From positions 1 to 64,000 of the forward strand of contig JBEKGO010000013.1 of assembly GCA_050012755.1 (NCBI GenBank): a stretch of DNA of 64,000 bases. Direction: 5' to 3'. The stretch comes from Candidatus Bathyarchaeia archaeon. Its GTDB lineage: Archaea > Thermoproteota > Bathyarchaeia > Bathyarchaeales > Bathycorpusculaceae. The notes under the pieces are model-generated. The model made no database searches. It had not been told where the DNA came from and saw nothing but the letters and a program-made list of their open reading frames with translations. The position numbers were made by a program, and so were the translations under genes. Positions 59,498 through 64,000 of this stretch are shown piece by piece (position 1 is the first letter of the stretch; every line of letters begins with the position of its first letter).

Positions 59498-60157
59498 TTT
59501 ATTATCGTTTAGCGTTAAAGAACTGTTAAAGATTTTAGCGCCGATTATTCTTTAGGCAGCATCTTTTTTTCTGAATGTATTATGAAATTGGTGTGGAGTT
59601 TGCAAGGAAGTTGCAATTTATGGGGAGTGGGCTGAATTGGGGGTGGTTAGTTTGGGTTTTGATTTGTTAAAGCTTGAAGTATCAAGCTTCTTTTGTGGTG
59701 GGGTATTGCAAGTGTTTGGTTGCGAAGAGTGCATAAATGGCCTGAGGAAGAAAAGCAATATCTCATAAAAGACATAAATGAAGGTGGCATGAAAAACAAG
59801 GTTTATCGCATTCCAAGAGGATTTTCAGCTAATTTAGACCAAGACATACACTTAACAAACAGCCAAGAACCCAATAAACCGGAACTGCTGAAAAAGGAAT
59901 AGGTTAATCAGATTATAATGTAAACAAATTTTTTAACTAGAATATCATGACCAAACATTGGAGATGAAAAAGTCAAGTAAGCAGTTAGTGCATTTCAACG
60001 AAGGTGCCAAATCTACTATAATTGTGAAGTAATATGATTAACGTAAATTGGTTTTAGGTTGTGAGCATGAGGAAAATTAGTGATGCAAATTGTCATTTCG
60101 AGAAAGTTAGATAAATATGTTAAAATATAAAGTTACTAAGTAATATGTGGTGATTTC

Positions 60158-60367
60158 ATGCCTGAAGGTGTTCTCTTGACTGATAACGATAGGGCTCTAC
60201 TTGTGAAGGTGAGCAGCCTGCTTGAGGAAGTAGTTGAGACTTTCAGCATATTGGAAGATAAGAAAGCTATGTCATGTTTAAAGCAAGCAGAAAGAGATGT
60301 CAAAGCTGGAAGAGTTAGAGACTACGATGAATTTCTCAGGGAGCTGAAAGAAGCTGGAGAGATATAA
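60158..60367 (+). CDS. Antitoxin of RelE pair 1
   Basis: ETFSILEDKKAMSCLKQAERDVKAGRV; overlaps the downstream relE-like gene. Confidence 0.85.
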   Translation: MPEGVLLTDNDRALLVKVSSLLEEVVETFSILEDKKAMSCLKQAERDVKAGRVRDYDEFLRELKEAGEI

Positions 60368-60611
60368 ACTTCGAGTCACAAGGACTTTTGAAAAAGATTT
60401 CCGAGCTCTTGACATCCAAACAAAAAAGAGAATAGATTCAGCAATAAAAATGCTTGAAACTGACCCCTGCGGCAGCAAGCCTTTGCGTGGGAATCTTGCG
60501 GGTAAGTGGTCACTTAGAGTCGGCGACTACAGAATCATCTACGAAACAAATGAAGATGAGAAAATAATAATTCTCTATGATACTGAGCATCGGAAAAAAG
60601 TTTACAAATAA
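60354..60611 (+). CDS. RelE/ParE-family toxin (CTG start, absent from the ORF track)
   Basis: RYKLRVTRTFEKDFRAL...KPLRGNLAGKWSLRVGDYRIIY...HRKKVYK. Confidence 0.92.
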   Translation: MERYKLRVTRTFEKDFRALDIQTKKRIDSAIKMLETDPCGSKPLRGNLAGKWSLRVGDYRIIYETNEDEKIIILYDTEHRKKVYK

Positions 60612-60654
60612 AGGTAATAGATAGACTGTAACAAGGTTAAGTTGTTGGCGCGAA

Positions 60655-60815
60655 GCTGGAAACGTTGGCAATACTCAATAAGTCACAATACTTAAGCTGT
60701 TAGAGAAAGTTGAAGGAGCAACAAAATGCAGATCAACCATAGATTTTCATCCATTACCCAAAGACGACCGAAAAGACGCTGCCCAAACACAACCAAACTG
60801 AAGAGGCTCGGAAGT
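60655..60815 (+). pseudogene. Decayed 3' fragment of a UDP-glucuronate decarboxylase-like epimerase, copy 1
   Basis: NVGNTQ*VTILKLLEKV..ATKCRSTIDFHPLPKDD, then a frameshift to KRRCPNTTKL. Confidence 0.8.
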
Positions 60816-60887
60816 GGATGTACCGTAAAAGGAGTAAAAGTGGTCATCAAAGTTATTAGTTTGGATGTTTATAGGATTTAGAGGGAT

Positions 60888-61136
60888 TTGTTGACAACTG
60901 AAGTGAATTTGGAAAAGGTCTATGCTGAAATGAAACGTGTTCGTTTGGAGCTAAAGTCCATAGAGCATACACTTAACGATCTTGCAGATGCGATGCTCCC
61001 CACGGAAAAAATGAGTCCAGAAGAGGAAAAGGAACTCCGCGAGGTCGACGAGGAAATGGCGCGAGGCGAATGCGTTTCGTTGGAAGAGGTTAAGAGAAAG
61101 TACGGGGCAAAAAAAAAGTGCCAAAATATCGCGTAA
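60888..61136 (+). CDS. Antitoxin of RelE pair 2
   Basis: Acidic C-terminus EEMARGECVSLEEV; overlaps the toxin start. Confidence 0.82.
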   Translation: MLTTEVNLEKVYAEMKRVRLELKSIEHTLNDLADAMLPTEKMSPEEEKELREVDEEMARGECVSLEEVKRKYGAKKKCQNIA

Positions 61137-61387
61137 TGCTCTCCAATAAAGCGTTGAAGTTTTTAACCAGTTTAGACGAGAAAAATGGAAAACGAGTTAT
61201 TGCAGATTTGGAACGCTTAGCGAATTACCCGTTTTGGGACAGGTCTTTAGATATCGCTGTATTTGAGGGAGAAAGACGTCAATATCGTTTACGAACAGGA
61301 AAGCTAAGAACGATTTTTAAAATTGATCAAGATGCTGAAACAATTCTTGTTCAGAAAATAGGGTACAGAGAAAACGTATACGAATAA
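61118..61387 (+). CDS. RelE/ParE-family toxin
   Basis: YRVMLSNKALKFL...YRLRTGKLRTIF...IGYRENVY. Confidence 0.9.
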   Translation: MPKYRVMLSNKALKFLTSLDEKNGKRVIADLERLANYPFWDRSLDIAVFEGERRQYRLRTGKLRTIFKIDQDAETILVQKIGYRENVYE

Positions 61388-61479
61388 CCTCAATAAAAGC
61401 TACAATTATTGTGATCCTGGTTTGCGTAAGGATGGATGGTATTGGGGTTATGTTGGTGTTTATTTTTCAGGCTTTAAGT

Positions 61480-61790
61480 AATCAGCCTATAACAGTTTAT
61501 GGCGATGAGCAATTGACCCTATAATTCTCCCATATAACTGACGCAGTAATAGAGTTTATGTTGTTGACGGCGAGCTCGCATGTTAATTAAGTGAGAAGTT
61601 GTAAACGTTGGCAAAACTTCATTATAACGTATTTTTAAATTTTCGCGAAAAACTGAAGATAAAACCGCCATACTCGAGTCGGCATAAGAATCCAAAGAGT
61701 ACAAAAATGCAAATCAGTCATAGAATTCCATTCACTGTCGAAGGATGATCCTAAAAGATACTGCCCAGACACAAACAACCTGGAAAAGTT
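61480..61790 (+). pseudogene. Decayed epimerase 3' fragment, copy 2
   Basis: NQPITVYGD..., VVNVG, KCKSVIEFHSLSKDDPKRYCPDT with stops and frameshifts. Confidence 0.82.
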
Positions 61791-61804
61791 TGGTAAATAA
61801 ATGC

Positions 61805-61984
61805 TCATTTGGGCGTCATGTAATTTTTATATGCAGCCATAGCAGCTTGGGCATTAAACTGGAAGAGCCAAGCATCTCCAAATTCCTTTGTTAATGTGAA
61901 ATAGGGAGTTGAGAGGAATTGTGTAGCATTAAAATGTCTATAATCAGAGTTTTGAAGCATAAATGTTGTTGGAGTTGATCCTAT
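61805..61984 (-). pseudogene. Diverged duplicate of the 3' end of the membrane gene at 63016-64000
   Basis: IGSTPTTFMLQNSDYRHFNATQFLSTPYFTLTKEFGDAWLFQFNAQ...TPK* matches 63016-63194. Confidence 0.9.
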
Positions 61985-62384
61985 CTTCGAATATTATTTC
62001 CAATTTTTCTTCGTCAAAAGTTATCTTGAAATGTTTGAAAATGTCGGTCCTGCCCAGCAGTCTTGGGATTTCGTCAGAATCAGCAAATGCAACCAAGACT
62101 TCTAAGGTTGTTTCTTCTATTTTCATTTTGATTTTATGTGTGTAGGCAGGGAGCAAGGTTTTACCTATTCCCATCATTGGATGGTATTCGCCCTTATACA
62201 AGTCTAAACCTATGAGTTTAGCGTCTGATTTTCTGAAAAGAGACAGGTCTGCGCCTGAGTCAACGTAGACTCTGAATGCGTACCAGTCATCTTTGGTCGA
62301 TTGTAAGAAAACTCGTGCTGTTGGCCGATTAATTGTGCCCGTTTTTGTTGGTTCAGGTGTATATTTAAAGATGTAGCGTTTCAA
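61944..62384 (-). CDS. Retropepsin-like aspartyl protease
   Basis: VDSGAD catalytic motif and LLGRTDIF motif. Confidence 0.88.
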   Translation of the reverse strand: MKRYIFKYTPEPTKTGTINRPTARVFLQSTKDDWYAFRVYVDSGADLSLFRKSDAKLIGLDLYKGEYHPMMGIGKTLLPAYTHKIKMKIEETTLEVLVAFADSDEIPRLLGRTDIFKHFKITFDEEKLEIIFEDRINSNNIYASKL

Positions 62385-62593
62385 AGGATAAGTTCGTCCG
62401 CCGACTCTATATAGTAAATTTCTATGTCTTGAGGTTTTAGCTTAGGATATTTTTTTAGTGCTTTTTGAATTGCTTCCTCCGAGGTTGTTCCTTCAGCTAT
62501 AATCTTGTTCTCGTACAAGGCTACATCTTTTCCTCGGTGTTTCTTGTATTCTTCTGCGCTTAGCTTAGGAGCTTGTATTGGTTTTTCAGTCAT
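62381..62593 (-). CDS. DUF5678-like small protein coupled to the protease
   Basis: KHRGKDVALYENKIIAEGTTSEEAIQKALKKYP; 4-nt overlap with the protease start. Confidence 0.8.
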   Translation of the reverse strand: MTEKPIQAPKLSAEEYKKHRGKDVALYENKIIAEGTTSEEAIQKALKKYPKLKPQDIEIYYIESADELIL

Positions 62594-62659
62594 CGTTAAA
62601 CCTCAAGTTGATAGTGCTTAAACGAGGTAATTAAGTTTAGCTTAAAATATTTGCTCGAG

Positions 62660-63000
62660 CAGAATCTTCGGTCTGCGTTCGCGAGAGAATTGGATTGTAT
62701 GGGAGCCATGCCGCGTTTTATTTTACAGACGTTGACTAATCAGCCCATAACTGTTTAGGCGATGGAAAGCGATAGATCTTTTGTTACGTAACGGATACTG
62801 TAAGTGGGCTAATGTTGTTGACAGCAAGCCCAAGGGCTAAGGAAAAAGCTGTAAACGTTGGCAACACAAAAGAAGCCAACATACTTGAACTGGTGAAAAA
62901 AGTTAAAGAGGTAACAAAATGCAAATCAGCCATAGAAGTTCATCCGCGCCGAAGGGTGATCCGAAAAGGCGCCGCTCAGAAACAAGTAACGTAGAAAAGT
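62660..63000 (+). pseudogene. Decayed epimerase 3' fragment, copy 3
   Basis: MPRFILQTLTNQPITV-GDGK-RSFCYVTDTVSGLMLL...VNVGNTKEANILEL...KCKSAIEVHP with frameshifts. Confidence 0.85.
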
Positions 63001-63015
63001 GTTCTAAATAAGTGC

Positions 63016-63999
63016 TCAACTGGGCGTCACGTAATTTTTATATGCAGTCGCTGCAGTTTGGGCATTAAACTGGAAGAGATAAGCATCTCCAATTTCCTTT
63101 GATAGTGTGAAATAGGGAGTTGAGAGGAACTGAGTAGCATTAAAGTGCCTATAATCAGGGTTTTGAAGCAAATATGTTGTTGCAATTGATCCTATATAGA
63201 CATATGAAACGTTGTACTCTATCATAAGTGAAACTGCTCTTAAATCTGATGCGTTAGAAGTTAATAGTGACATCAGATCACTGTAATTTGTTAAGTCACT
63301 GTACATAGAAATCGTTTGTTTTTGAGCGATTGCTGATACAAATTGGCCACTGTCACCAAAAGAAACCAGTATACGTTCTTCCGAAGGGACATTTTGTGCA
63401 ATCCACTTCATCAATGACAAGTCACTTTGATTAAGTGTATTACAGATATTAAAAACAATTCCAATCTTGTTATACTGAATTTGTTGTTCGCTAACTACTA
63501 CGCCGATTGTTGGAATACTCACTATTGCAACAGTCAATATTGTAATTATAAATAGAATTAAACCCAGTATACGATTTTTGCTCAATTTTTTTAGCTTCAC
63601 TGGATTGGGATGAATTTCAGTACTATTAAACAGCCACCTAAATGCCCAATAAAAAGAGAAAAGAACTGAGAATACAACAATTGCAGTCATTATTGTCGCT
63701 AGAATAAATAGATGTTGTTGAACTCTTTCAGGGTTTAAGAAAGCGGTTAGAAAGTTAAACTGGAAATGCAGTGTTAGTGAGAGATAGCCCATTATTATTA
63801 ACATAAAAAAATAGATCAAAGACAAACTGTGCACAAATTCTCTTGATGGAAAAGTTAAGGCGATTTTTTTTGATATTTTGGGAATAAGCAACACAAAAAG
63901 TGGAATAAGTGAATAAGGTGCTAATGCAAGTAACTTACCAAAGCCTGAAAAGAAACGTGAAAGCGCTGGAATATCAATTAACCAGTTAAAATCAATAAG
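63016..63999 (-). CDS. Large multi-TM protein, possibly GT-C-like (5' end outside window)
   Basis: Frame is open to the window end; TM helices, then DLSLMKWI...DSGQF...YNVSYVYIGS extracellular tail. Confidence 0.7.
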   Translation of the reverse strand, partial: LIDFNWLIDIPALSRFFSGFGKLLALAPYSLIPLFVLLIPKISKKIALTFPSREFVHSLSLIYFFMLIIMGYLSLTLHFQFNFLTAFLNPERVQQHLFILATIMTAIVVFSVLFSFYWAFRWLFNSTEIHPNPVKLKKLSKNRILGLILFIITILTVAIVSIPTIGVVVSEQQIQYNKIGIVFNICNTLNQSDLSLMKWIAQNVPSEERILVSFGDSGQFVSAIAQKQTISMYSDLTNYSDLMSLLTSNASDLRAVSLMIEYNVSYVYIGSIATTYLLQNPDYRHFNATQFLSTPYFTLSKEIGDAYLFQFNAQTAATAYKNYVTPS

Positions 64000-64000
64000 T

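Noticed and set aside
59630-59690. Additional leader-like G/T-rich tracts (also 61440-61485)
   Set aside because: They share only a G/T tract and a GCTT(G/T)AAGTA core, and lack YTGCAGGYTGCG and any decamer array.

Overview
Archaeal chromosomal window, most likely Bathyarchaeia (inferred from the archaeal rnp4-yhbY-rps19e-PDCD5-rpl39e-rpl31e-eif6-rplX-pfdA-ftsY superoperon, a class III signal peptide pilin, an F420-dependent NADP reductase and many small Zn-ribbon proteins). Left to right: an aryl-acid cluster (paaK-iorA-iorB-livKHM-paaI) whose IorA carries an inserted 16-Cys ferredoxin; a decayed accessory patch (MTase-Mrr fusion, tRNA-Cys, repeat-flanked pilin); a GC-richer peptide ABC operon; a cluster of Zn-finger microproteins; housekeeping and transport genes including a second peptide ABC system; the translation superoperon; and a glycosylation island (rfbACBD, flippase) containing four toxin-antitoxin pairs plus a DUF5678-protease pair. 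The most unusual signal is non-coding: six same-orientation elements between 49.1 and 56.8 kb, each a 55-bp ungapped conserved leader followed by 6-10 strictly 10-bp-phased variable units. All alignments were done by eye and no database searches were run.
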